This document shows, in pieces, positions 1-8,282 of a stretch of 64,000 nt of DNA. Both the position numbers and the translations under genes were made by a program. The notes beneath the pieces are model-generated. The model was not told the DNA's origin and did not search any database. It saw nothing but the letters and a program-made list of their open reading frames with translations. The stretch is from an uncultured Mycoplasmatota bacterium. GTDB taxonomy: Bacteria; Bacillota_I; Bacilli_A; RF39; UBA660. Location of the stretch: assembly GCA_947365915.1 (NCBI GenBank), contig CANAXT010000001.1, positions 7,347 to 71,346 of the forward strand, in the 5' to 3' direction. How positions within the stretch are numbered: the stretch's first letter is position 1; each line of letters opens with the position of its first letter.

Positions 1-507
1 TTCGTCTCCTTCTAATACAAATTTTCCATTTACTTTTCTTCCTTGGAATTTTGCTTTTTTCGTTCCACAGCAACCACATAAATTGACGAGTTCTTCTAAA
101 TTGTCTGCGATTCTCATGAGGGGCCCACTTCCTGTAAAAAAATCAGTTTTGAATGTTGTTCTAAGCCCATAACAAATGACTGGCATATCATAATATTTTG
201 CGATTCGATAAAGGTCAAAAACTTGTCTTTCACTTAAGAATTCTGCTTCATCTACTAGGACACACGCAATTCCGTGCTGCTTCCAAGTTTCTCCATACGG
301 TAATAATTCTTCGTTATCTTCTACTAAGAGGTTGACTTCTCTACTAACACCTAATCTAGAAACTACAGTATTTTCTCCTTTTGTGTCTTTTTTTGATTTA
401 ATTAAGATAATTTTTTGTCCATTTTCTTCATAATTGTGGGCTACTTGTAAAAGGGCTGTTGTTTTGCCACAATTCATAGCACCATATCTAAAATACATAC
501 TTGCCAT
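1..507 (-). CDS. tdk: thymidine kinase (partial; continues beyond window start)
   Basis: Minus-strand translation from ATG at 507 gives MASMYFRYGAMNCGKTTALLQVAHNYEENGQKIILIKSKKD... with a P-loop (GAMNCGKT) and a typical TK N-terminus. The ORF runs off the window edge. It is absent from the ORF track. Confidence 0.85.
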   Translation of the reverse strand, partial: MASMYFRYGAMNCGKTTALLQVAHNYEENGQKIILIKSKKDTKGENTVVSRLGVSREVNLLVEDNEELLPYGETWKQHGIACVLVDEAEFLSERQVFDLYRIAKYYDMPVICYGLRTTFKTDFFTGSGPLMRIADNLEELVNLCGCCGTKKAKFQGRKVNGKFVLEGDE

Positions 508-520
508 ATTACTCCTCTTT

Positions 521-1195
521 CTAAAATACTTTTTTTTCTTCTATTTTCTTTTTAAAACGGTATTGTTTTGCGGGTTTCTTTCCTTCAAATTTGGCGGTAT
601 CTCCAGTGTCTTCAATTAAGTTTAAACTGAGCATTTTTTTTCTAAAGTTTCTTCGGTCTAATTTTTTTTCTAGTATTGCTTCATAAACTTTTTGAAGCTC
701 TGGTAATGAGAATGAATCTGGGAATAATGATTTTAAAATGGTTGATCTTGTAATTTGTTTTTGTAGTTCTTTTAATGCTTCTATTAGGATTTCATTGTGA
801 TCAAATCCAAGGGGCGGGACTTTATTAATGGCAAACCAATCAGCGTTTGAGGTTCTTAGTGTTTCTCTTAAGACTGCCACTCGTTTGCTATCAATGACTC
901 CAATATAGGCAATTGCAACCATTCTCATGACAGGTGAACGATCTACTCTACCAAATACTCCAAATTGTTGGATTTCGATATTTTCTATTCCTGTTTTTTC
1001 TTTGATTTCTCGTTTGGCTCCTTCATATAAGTCTTCATTGTTATAAAGGGCTCCGCCTGTTAAAATCCAGTCTCCCATGAATGGTTCGTTTTTTCGTTTT
1101 ACTAGTAATACTTTTGTGTTTCCCTGCTCTACCGTAAAGATGGCAGTGATTACATGAATTCCTTGATTTTTATAAAGTTTATCTCTTACATTCAT
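521..1195 (-). CDS. NUDIX hydrolase with a C-terminal ~70-aa extension (possibly an NrtR-like winged helix)
   Basis: Nudix box GGALYNNEDLYEGAKREIKEKTGI (GX5EX7REUXEEXGU). The start was moved to MNVRD, which has an RBS; the longer ORF-track start overlaps the promoter. Confidence 0.6.
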   Translation of the reverse strand: MNVRDKLYKNQGIHVITAIFTVEQGNTKVLLVKRKNEPFMGDWILTGGALYNNEDLYEGAKREIKEKTGIENIEIQQFGVFGRVDRSPVMRMVAIAYIGVIDSKRVAVLRETLRTSNADWFAINKVPPLGFDHNEILIEALKELQKQITRSTILKSLFPDSFSLPELQKVYEAILEKKLDRRNFRKKMLSLNLIEDTGDTAKFEGKKPAKQYRFKKKIEEKKVF

Positions 1196-1211
1196 TCTAC
1201 CACCTATTTTC

Positions 1212-1240
1212 ATTATAAGTGTATAACAAACACTTGTCAA
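1212..1240 (-). promoter_or_regulatory. sigma-A consensus promoter (TTGACA-17nt-TATAAT) upstream of the NUDIX gene
   Basis: The reverse complement reads TTGACAagtgtttgttatacactTATAATg. It is followed by RBS GGTGG and the ATG at 1195. Confidence 0.5.
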
Positions 1241-1265
1241 TAGAAAAAATAAAAAAAATTAGATT

Positions 1266-1706
1266 TTATTTTCCTAATTTTTCTCTTACTTTTTTGCTAA
1301 CTAGGCTCATGTCCGTTTTTCCTTTTAATTTTGGTGTTAGTAATCCCATGATTTTTCCCATGTCACTTGGTGCAGCCGGTTTTAATGTGCTAAAAGCTTC
1401 ATCAATAATTTTGTTTACTTCGTCATCGCTTAGTTGTTCTGGCATATATTGTTCTAATATTTTGATTTCTTGTTCTGTTTTCTCAATTAAATCGGTTCTA
1501 TTTCCTTTTTCAAATTCTGATATGGATTCTTTTCTCGTTTTGATTTCTCTTGTGATAATGGTGATCATTTCGTCATCGGTTAATGGATGCTTTACTTTTA
1601 ATTCTTCCATTTGCATGGCCCCTTTTACCATGCGAATGACAGTTAATATTTCTTTGTCTTGGTTTTTCATTGCTTGTTTTAAGTCTTCTAAAATTTTTTC
1701 TCTCAT
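1266..1706 (-). CDS. yqeY: GatB/YqeY domain protein
   Basis: MREKILEDLKQAMKNQDKEILTVIRMVKGA... matches the YqeY family pattern. RBS AGGAA lies 8 nt upstream of the chosen ATG. It is adjacent to rpsU, as in Bacillus. Confidence 0.7.
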   Translation of the reverse strand: MREKILEDLKQAMKNQDKEILTVIRMVKGAMQMEELKVKHPLTDDEMITIITREIKTRKESISEFEKGNRTDLIEKTEQEIKILEQYMPEQLSDDEVNKIIDEAFSTLKPAAPSDMGKIMGLLTPKLKGKTDMSLVSKKVREKLGK

Positions 1707-1736
1707 TTTTGATTTCCTTTCTAAAAAAGTCATAAC

Positions 1737-1931
1737 TTAGTTATAACTTCTTTCTCTTCTGCGACTGTTACGAATTGCTTCTTTTTTTGCTTTTCTTCTT
1801 TTTACGCCTGGTTTCATGTACCCTTCTTGTCTTTCACGTACGTTTTTTAGGAGGCCATCTTTTGCGTTTTTTTGTTTCATGGTTCTTAGTGCTCCATCTA
1901 CATTCCCATTTCGAACAACCACTTTAGTCAT
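1737..1931 (-). CDS. rpsU: 30S ribosomal protein S21
   Basis: MTKVVVRNGNVDGALRTMKQKNAKDGLLKNVRERQEGYMKPGVKRRKAKKEA... is a typical S21 sequence of 64 aa. Confidence 0.85.
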   Translation of the reverse strand: MTKVVVRNGNVDGALRTMKQKNAKDGLLKNVRERQEGYMKPGVKRRKAKKEAIRNSRRRERSYN

Positions 1932-2060
1932 ATAGAATCCCTCCCTTCTTAGCTAAATGTATTATAGCACTTTCATTTCTATATTTCAACAAAAAGTGTG
2001 AGAAAATAAGCGGAAATGGTCAAAATCTGACAAGTGTTTGATGATTTTTGCGTTATACGA

Positions 2061-2095
2061 ACAAAAGAGCGTTAGAATTTCTAACGCTCTTTTTA
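2061..2095 (-). terminator. bidirectional stem-loop terminator downstream of the bacteriocin operon
   Basis: A 10-bp perfect stem AGAGCGTTAG/CTAACGCTCT flanked by A and T runs. Confidence 0.55.
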
Positions 2096-2226
2096 ATAAA
2101 CTCGAATGAGTGTTCCTACAATTCTTCCTGCTTTTAATACAATTTCTGTACATTGCGCTAGAAAAGGAATTGTGATTGGAATTGATACAATGGATATGAT
2201 TCCAAGTACAACATTTTGATATTTTT

Positions 2227-2394
2227 TTAATATGAACATAAGCTTCGATCTTTTGCTCTACGAAAGGCGGATCCTAGACTTCTTCCTAAATCCATAATAA
2301 TATCAATGCCTCTTACTAAAGAACTGATGAATGTTCCTGTAATATTAATTCCTCCGTTCACTTCATTCAATTTTTGTTTTGTTATTTCTTTCAT
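2227..2394 (-). CDS. double-glycine-leader bacteriocin-like peptide B (55 aa precursor)
   Basis: MKEITKQKLNEVNGG|INITGTFISSLVRGIDIIMDLGRSLGSAFRRAKDRSLCSY. It has a canonical GG leader with hydrophobic residues at -4, -7, -12 and -15, and an RBS AAGGGAGA 5 nt upstream. It is not in the ORF track. Confidence 0.75.
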   Translation of the reverse strand: MKEITKQKLNEVNGGINITGTFISSLVRGIDIIMDLGRSLGSAFRRAKDRSLCSY

Positions 2395-2409
2395 TTTGTT
2401 TCTCCCTTC

Positions 2410-2550
2410 TTAGTTACATCTTAGTGGTCTAAAAAAACCATCAATTACGCCGATTAGGAATACGACTCCTGCTGCTATGGCGAGTCCAATTCCTAGTTTG
2501 GCGGCTCCTCCATTAATTGTTGTTAAACGTTCTTGTTCTATTTGTTTCAT
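2410..2550 (-). CDS. double-glycine-leader bacteriocin-like peptide A (46 aa precursor)
   Basis: MKQIEQERLTTINGG|AAKLGIGLAIAAGVVFLIGVIDGFFRPLRCN. The GG leader is followed by a GxxxG-rich amphiphilic core typical of two-peptide (class IIb) bacteriocins. RBS GAAGGA is present. It is not in the ORF track. Confidence 0.8.
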   Translation of the reverse strand: MKQIEQERLTTINGGAAKLGIGLAIAAGVVFLIGVIDGFFRPLRCN

Positions 2551-2962
2551 CTTTGATTCCTTCTTTCCATTTTTGACTCAGTTCTTTCCATAGATTTACG
2601 TTTTTGATTTTCAATCTGATGGGAATAATATTGTTTTCTACTAATAATTTTTTTGAAATCGACATTACCACATACGCATATATTATATTTTCGCCAGCGA
2701 TTAATTCGGTGTCTATTTTTTGTAGTTTGATGTTGTTTTTTAATAATGCTTGTTCAAATGGTTCTAGTTGTTCTTTTGTTAGGGCGATTTTAATGGTTGC
2801 GTTTTCGGATTTCTCTACAATTCCATAAAAGGTTTGATAGATTGGATAATGGATATAAATAGTACTAAATAATAGAAGTATGGTTAAAATAAAAATCAGT
2901 ATTAAGGATCCTTTTATTCCTTTGGGATAGTTGGTATTGGTTGTCCAATTTATGTTATCCAT
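2513..2962 (-). CDS. short single-TM protein; possible truncated HlyD/LcnD-type export accessory protein or an immunity protein
   Basis: 149 aa with an N-terminal TM (LILIFILTILLLFSTIYI) followed by a coiled-coil-like region. It lies between the ABC exporter and the peptides. The 3' end overlaps the peptide A start by 38 nt. It is far shorter than the usual ~450-aa accessory proteins. Confidence 0.4.
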   Translation of the reverse strand: MDNINWTTNTNYPKGIKGSLILIFILTILLLFSTIYIHYPIYQTFYGIVEKSENATIKIALTKEQLEPFEQALLKNNIKLQKIDTELIAGENIIYAYVVMSISKKLLVENNIIPIRLKIKNVNLWKELSQKWKEGIKDETNRTRTFNNN

Positions 2963-5045
2963 TTTTTAACACATCCTTTGTTATTTTCCCATTTGATATT
3001 TCTATAAATTGATCAAATAGATCTCTATTTTCCATTCTATGTGATACCATGATTATGGTTTTGTCTGGAAATTGTTTAAATATTCGTTTTAAAATTCTCC
3101 GTTCCATATTTTCATCCATTTGACTGGTTGCTTCATCAAGTAATAGTATGTTAAATGGACGTAATAGTGTTCTAGCCAGTACGACTCTTTGTTTTTCTCC
3201 CCCTGATAAATTGGCACCATTTTCTTCTAATAGTAAGTGATGACCAAGATGATTTTTTTTGATAATTTCATCTACCTCAGTTAATTCTAATATTTCTTGA
3301 TATTGATGATCGGCTTTTTTTCCTAGTAAAATGTTTTGATCGATGGGGCCTGTAAATAGTAGTTCTTTCATGGAGATATAGATGATGTTTTGTTCTATGG
3401 TTTCCGATTTTAAGTCTACTATGTCTATGCCATCAATAAAAATCGAATTTCTCGTTGTTTCATAATATTTCATGAGTAATTTTAAAATGGTACTTTTCCC
3501 GTTTCCGCTTTTTCCAACTAATAAAATTTTGTTTCCTATGTTTGTATGAAATGTTATGTTTTTTAGTATTGGTTGGTTTGCAAAATACGAAAATGTTACA
3601 TTTTTAAATTCTATTTTTCCTTTTATGTCTTGTTCATAAAGTCCTAATTCTTTTTGTTTATAGAATAGATTGGATAGTCTTTTCCATGCTACTTTTACTT
3701 TTTTCCACTCTTCTCCTAAGCGTAATAAGTTTCTAATTGGGTCTATAAAGTAAATAAAAAGGGAATGAAATAATAGTAATGATGCAATAGATAGTTGATT
3801 TTTAGAGATCAGCCATACTCCAAGTCCTAAGGTAAATAAAATTGAAAAGTCAAACAGGCTTTGGTTTAATATTTGTGATTCGTTTTGAACATATTCTAAT
3901 TTTTTGGTTCTTTTCATGTATTTCGCATACTTTTTTTCAAATGTTTGTTCTACTATGGTTTTCAAGTGGCTTCCAAATACGCTTTCATAACCACTGATGG
4001 CTTCTACCATATATGATGTCACTTTGGCGTTTTCTTCTTCTAGTTGTTCTATTTTTTTGTGAATTCGTTTTTGGTAAATATAAAATATGGTAATATAAGT
4101 TAATAGTGTTATGATCGCAATTAGAAACAGTTTTTCATGTATTAAGTAAAGTAAGCTTCCACTGATGAAAAAGAGAGGTAAATCCATCAGTGAAGAAAGT
4201 ATCACGGTTGCAAGAAAAGAACGTATGACACCGATGTCTTGTATTCTGGCAATCATTTCTCCAGTCGTTCGATTTTTGTAATGTCGATAAGGAAGCTCTA
4301 GTATTTGATGAAATATCGTTTTCATGAATTGGAAGTCTATTTTTTGATATACGTGGAAGAACAGTTTGTTACGAATAAAACTGCTTCCATTTTTCAAAAG
4401 AATAAATCCTGCATACAAGAAAATAGAAAAGTAAAGATACAAGGTTTCATTATGTTGTTCTGTCATTGAAATAAAGTGTTGTAATAATGTGGAATAGAAA
4501 AGAGAAAAAATGGTAACTATCATTGAGAGAAGAACCATAACTATCATTGTTTTTTTCATTTGTTTTAACAAATTTAAAAAATAGTTTTTTAAAAAGGGGT
4601 CTTTGTCAATGTAAGTAATCGGGGTTTTTGGATAAAATGTCAAAATGATATGGTTCCATATTTGTTCAAAGTTTTGAAATGATATTTTTTCAATTCCTTT
4701 GGCTGGGTCTCCAATAATCATGTACCGTTTTTTCGGGTTTATTTCAAATAGGACAATATAATGATAATATGATTCGCTTAGTAGTACATGCGCAATACAA
4801 GGGAGTATGATTGTTTCTTCTGTCAGTTCTTGAAAGTCTCCTTCCATTCCTTTTGCTTCGAATCCAAGTTGTTTGGCAGTTTCTACAATCTCGCTCGCTT
4901 TCACTCCGTTTTTGTTTACATGTAGTTTGTCTTTTAGTTGTTCGTAGGGAACATGTCCATGGTAATATTCTATGATCATAGCTAGACATGCTGCTCCACA
5001 ATCTTTATAATCTTCTTGTCGTATGATTGGATATTTTTTTCTCAT
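2955..5045 (-). CDS. bacteriocin ABC transporter with N-terminal C39 peptidase domain (LagD/LcnC/ComA family)
   Basis: The N-terminus QEDYKDCGAACLAMI is the C39 Cys motif. Six TM segments follow. Walker A is GKSGNGKST, the signature is LSGGEKQR, and Walker B is LLLDEAT. RBS AAGGAGG is present. Confidence 0.9.
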   Translation of the reverse strand: MRKKYPIIRQEDYKDCGAACLAMIIEYYHGHVPYEQLKDKLHVNKNGVKASEIVETAKQLGFEAKGMEGDFQELTEETIILPCIAHVLLSESYYHYIVLFEINPKKRYMIIGDPAKGIEKISFQNFEQIWNHIILTFYPKTPITYIDKDPFLKNYFLNLLKQMKKTMIVMVLLSMIVTIFSLFYSTLLQHFISMTEQHNETLYLYFSIFLYAGFILLKNGSSFIRNKLFFHVYQKIDFQFMKTIFHQILELPYRHYKNRTTGEMIARIQDIGVIRSFLATVILSSLMDLPLFFISGSLLYLIHEKLFLIAIITLLTYITIFYIYQKRIHKKIEQLEEENAKVTSYMVEAISGYESVFGSHLKTIVEQTFEKKYAKYMKRTKKLEYVQNESQILNQSLFDFSILFTLGLGVWLISKNQLSIASLLLFHSLFIYFIDPIRNLLRLGEEWKKVKVAWKRLSNLFYKQKELGLYEQDIKGKIEFKNVTFSYFANQPILKNITFHTNIGNKILLVGKSGNGKSTILKLLMKYYETTRNSIFIDGIDIVDLKSETIEQNIIYISMKELLFTGPIDQNILLGKKADHQYQEILELTEVDEIIKKNHLGHHLLLEENGANLSGGEKQRVVLARTLLRPFNILLLDEATSQMDENMERRILKRIFKQFPDKTIIMVSHRMENRDLFDQFIEISNGKITKDVLKNG

Positions 5046-5091
5046 ACTTTTACCTCCTTACTAATATATACGACAAAAAAAGGTGTTGCAC

Positions 5092-5625
5092 CTACAACAT
5101 CTTTGAATTTTTTATAATTTTTATCATTTTTTTTCCATATTTTCGCTCTTTTAGGAGTTGAAACGGTTCTAAGGGGAAGTTTTCTTCTTCGTATTCGCAT
5201 ACAATGATGGCGTCTTTTTTTAGGAGTTTGTGCTCTAGTAAATAGTCTAATGTGGGTTTTATTAAAGAGAGATGATAAGGTGGATCTAAGAAAACAAAGT
5301 CAAATTGGGTTTGTATTTTTTGATGTATTTGAAAGGCGTCTGATTTTAAAATGGATGCGTTTGGTATTCCTTTTGCATTTTCCCTAATGGTTTTGATGGC
5401 TACTTCATTTTTGTCTACGAATAAGCAAGATTTTGCTCCGTTACTGATAGCTTCTAGTCCAAGGGAACCGCTTCCTGCGTATAAGTCTAAGCATGTTTTG
5501 TTTTTTATTTCTTGTCCAATCATTGCAAATAAGGATTCTTTGACGCGATCCATGGTGGGTCTTGTTCCATCGATATTAAATCCGTTTATTTTTTTTCCTT
5601 TGTATATGCCACTAATAATTCTCAT
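5092..5625 (-). CDS. rsmD: 16S rRNA (guanine966-N2)-methyltransferase
   Basis: DLYAGSGSLGLEAISNGA...FLDPPY are the RsmD motifs. Confidence 0.8.
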   Translation of the reverse strand: MRIISGIYKGKKINGFNIDGTRPTMDRVKESLFAMIGQEIKNKTCLDLYAGSGSLGLEAISNGAKSCLFVDKNEVAIKTIRENAKGIPNASILKSDAFQIHQKIQTQFDFVFLDPPYHLSLIKPTLDYLLEHKLLKKDAIIVCEYEEENFPLEPFQLLKERKYGKKMIKIIKNSKML

Positions 5626-5729
5626 TTTTTTTCACTTCTTCCGTATAGTATTGTTTTTTTTGGTCAATATAGTAATGTGAGCAATCACACATATTAGTAC
5701 TCCCCTTTTGAAAGAGCTTTTGGCTCTTT

Positions 5730-5951
5730 TTATTTTAATGTAGACATAATGGACTGTACCATTTCTAATGTTTCTAAGGCTTTTGAAAGACGGTCAGTGG
5801 GTCTTAGTTTATAATTGGTTTTGACTTCTTCTTCGAATACACGAAACATGTTTGGGTTACGATTTAATATTTTGTACCAATTGGAGTTTTCACGGATGTA
5901 TCTTCCTAGATAGGGGTTATTTTTGATTGCGAATTGTGTTTCTAGTGTCAT
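5730..5951 (-). CDS. ylbE: YlbE-like small protein
   Basis: The NPYLGRYIRENSNWYKILNRNP pattern matches the Bacillus YlbE family. It lies next to ylbD and rsmD, as in B. subtilis. Confidence 0.5.
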   Translation of the reverse strand: MTLETQFAIKNNPYLGRYIRENSNWYKILNRNPNMFRVFEEEVKTNYKLRPTDRLSKALETLEMVQSIMSTLK

Positions 5952-6316
5952 TAGTCTTCGAAGTGTTTGTATAGAGGTCTAGGTTTATACTCCGTCTTTG
6001 TTTCGGTTTTTGTTTCTTTTCCTGTTAGGTCTTGTACAACACTTAATACTCTTTGAATACTGCTAACTCCATTTTGGACACTATCTAAATCGACATTCTT
6101 AAGTAATCCCATTAGGTCTGCCATACTTGTAATTCCAGCGGTTGCTGCTATTGCTTCTGTTGACCCGCTTAAATATGGTTTCCATGTTTCTGTGTCTTCT
6201 CCATATAAGTCATATAATTCATAAAATTTTTGCCAGCTCATTTCCCCACTTTTTGTATATTTAATCAGTCTAGGATTTTTTTTTACAAATCCTTTGAATT
6301 CTTCTATATTTGCCAT
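5951..6316 (-). CDS. ylbD: YlbD-like protein
   Basis: EEFKGFVKKNPRLIKYTKSGEMSWQKFYELYDLYGED resembles the YlbD N-terminal signature. The start overlaps ylbE (ATGA). Confidence 0.5.
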   Translation of the reverse strand: MANIEEFKGFVKKNPRLIKYTKSGEMSWQKFYELYDLYGEDTETWKPYLSGSTEAIAATAGITSMADLMGLLKNVDLDSVQNGVSSIQRVLSVVQDLTGKETKTETKTEYKPRPLYKHFED

Positions 6317-6396
6317 ATAACCACCTATTTCATTATATGTAAGTGATTATAAAATATTTCTGTTTTTAGAAAAACTGTGAGTTTGTTCACAGTTTT

Positions 6397-6807
6397 TTAG
6401 TAACTATAATTAATTACTAGTAAAAATTGAATTATAATGATTGCAAAAGAAACAATTGATAACCATAATCCACTGGTGTTGAATCCATTTATGGTTTTTT
6501 TTCTATCCACTAGTGCGAGAACCAAAGCAATGGTAGATAATACTGTTTGTATTAATACAAATCCGATGGCAAATCCTATTCTCGTTTCTGTAGTATTGTA
6601 AATTTGTAAGGCTTCTTCTGCTACTGCTAAACCTATAAAAGCAGATAAACAATAATAAATAGCTAAAATTCCTAGTACCATACTGGCAATGCCTTTTCCT
6701 TTTGAGGTTTTTGTTCCTGGAACTTGATAGTTATTTAGTGGTCCTCCACAGTTTACACATACAACAGCGTTTTCCCCTACTTCTTTTCCACAATTGGGAC
6801 AATACAT
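6397..6807 (-). CDS. zinc-ribbon membrane protein
   Basis: The N-terminal CPNCG...CVNCG zinc ribbon is followed by 3-4 TM helices. Confidence 0.6.
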   Translation of the reverse strand: MYCPNCGKEVGENAVVCVNCGGPLNNYQVPGTKTSKGKGIASMVLGILAIYYCLSAFIGLAVAEEALQIYNTTETRIGFAIGFVLIQTVLSTIALVLALVDRKKTINGFNTSGLWLSIVSFAIIIIQFLLVINYSY

Positions 6808-6856
6808 AAAATCATACCTCCTACTACTATTAGTATATATTAATTATGGTTTAAAA

Positions 6857-7663
6857 TCAATATATTTTGTGTTTTGTCTTCCATTGATCCAATATTTCGT
6901 ATAAGTTGGTTTGAAGACAAATACGATATAGGTCATGGTCGTCTTTGATGGTACAATTATGTATTACATAATCTGATAATATGTTGGCAAGTGGATAACA
7001 CAATAGATAGTTTATTAGACCAATATGTAGGTCATAGTCTTGATTTAAAATTTGTTTTACTTTTTTTTCATCTAATTCTTTTATTTGTCCTGTTTTTCTA
7101 TAGGTTGTTTCACAGTGTAATTGATAAGCAATGTTTTTCATCATGCGCGATTCAAAATACATTCTATTTTTGTTTCTTGCTTCTATGAGTGGTTTATATA
7201 TGGGGTCTTTTAAATATTGTTCTAGCTTTTTCTCCATATAAAATGCATATACTTCACATAGAAAGTGATACTCGTCTGGAATAATTACTGATGCGCTATT
7301 TCGATCTATAAAATGTGCGAGTTCATGTACAATCATAAATACATCACAGTCATTTCCATCTAGCTTTATATAAGCTATGTTATTACTAGTATCTACAAAA
7401 GATTTTTTTGCTTGATCATCAATTATGATCTTTCCTTGTTCGATTCCCTTTAAAATCATTTGATAATATTGTTCGTTATATTGTTTATAAAATTGAAGTG
7501 CAAGTGTAATTGGATCTGTAATTGTGTTTGGATACTCTAATTTTTGATAGTTATCGCTAAAGATGGAAACCATTTGCCTGATTGCTTCTTCTTCTAAAAA
7601 TTTATGGTAAGTGGATTCTCTTTTTACTCTTGTTATAAATTCATTTATTTTGTCTTCTGACAT
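6857..7663 (-). CDS. putative HExxH zinc metallopeptidase
   Basis: It contains MIVHELAHFIDRNS...E (HExxH plus a downstream Glu) but shows no other recognisable family. Confidence 0.45.
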   Translation of the reverse strand: MSEDKINEFITRVKRESTYHKFLEEEAIRQMVSIFSDNYQKLEYPNTITDPITLALQFYKQYNEQYYQMILKGIEQGKIIIDDQAKKSFVDTSNNIAYIKLDGNDCDVFMIVHELAHFIDRNSASVIIPDEYHFLCEVYAFYMEKKLEQYLKDPIYKPLIEARNKNRMYFESRMMKNIAYQLHCETTYRKTGQIKELDEKKVKQILNQDYDLHIGLINYLLCYPLANILSDYVIHNCTIKDDHDLYRICLQTNLYEILDQWKTKHKIY

Positions 7664-7685
7664 GACTATACTCCTACTCTATCTT

Positions 7686-8273
7686 TTATTTTTTTGACGT
7701 TTGTTGGTCCAGTTTAGATATTTGTTTTTTATATTTTTTTTCTGATTGGTTTAGTTTTTCATTGATATTTCGTAAATATGTTATTCTTTTTTCTAATTTT
7801 GATGGGTTGTGGGCTAAAGCGTCGCAGTATTGGATTATGAATTTGGTATGCGCTAATGCTTTATTGTTTTTTATTTCTTGGTCTGTTATTGGTGTATCGT
7901 GTTGTTCAATTAGGTAACAAATTCTTTCTATTTCATCTTGGTTAAAATGTAATCTTTTTAGTATAGAAAGCGCTATATAAGCTGATACTTTTGGATGCCC
8001 TCTAAAGTGTCTTATTTCTTCATCTTGATAAGAATGTGGTTTCCCAATATCATGAAGTAATAATACAAGTCTTATTTCTGCATCTTTTGGGGCGTTATGA
8101 AGTGCCAGTAAAGTGTGATTCCATACATCAAGGTGATGATGAGGATGATTATGTTCAAAGCCAATCATATCTGAGAGTTCTGGAATGAAGTTTAACAAAA
8201 TATTTAAATTGTTGTGAATACTAGTAACTACATCGTCAGCCATTAAAATACTATATATCGTTTCTTTTTCCAT
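7686..8273 (-). CDS. HD-domain phosphohydrolase
   Basis: It carries the HNHPHHHLDVWNHTL...LLLHDIGKP H..HD..D motif. Confidence 0.65.
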   Translation of the reverse strand: MEKETIYSILMADDVVTSIHNNLNILLNFIPELSDMIGFEHNHPHHHLDVWNHTLLALHNAPKDAEIRLVLLLHDIGKPHSYQDEEIRHFRGHPKVSAYIALSILKRLHFNQDEIERICYLIEQHDTPITDQEIKNNKALAHTKFIIQYCDALAHNPSKLEKRITYLRNINEKLNQSEKKYKKQISKLDQQTSKK

Positions 8274-8282
8274 ATGTTTATC

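Noticed and set aside
1219-1740. Plus-strand 173-aa ORF, and many similar plus-strand ORFs in the track (434-619, 2604-2828, 5351-5680, 16148-16500, 30578-31065, 44191-46549 and others)
   Set aside because: They lie antisense to well-supported minus-strand genes and lack RBSs. Their F/L/S/I-rich low-complexity translations are what the antisense frames of AT-rich coding DNA produce.
2041-2156. Minus-strand ORF MYRNCIKSRKNCRNTHS... starting at 2156
   Set aside because: It reads straight through the 10-bp terminator stem. It has no RBS.
2101-2240. 44-codon hydrophobic reading frame (…KYQNVVLGIISIVSIPITIPFLAQCTEIVLKAGRIVGTLIRVY) just downstream of bacteriocin peptide B, attractive as an immunity peptide
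   Set aside because: There is no ATG, GTG or TTG start codon anywhere in the frame and no RBS. The frame also runs through the operon terminator hairpin.
5060-5093. AGGTG-TTG-CACCT hairpin followed by T7 as an rsmD terminator
   Set aside because: The stem is only 5 bp and overlaps the rsmD stop codon. It may function, but it is too weak to list as a confident feature.
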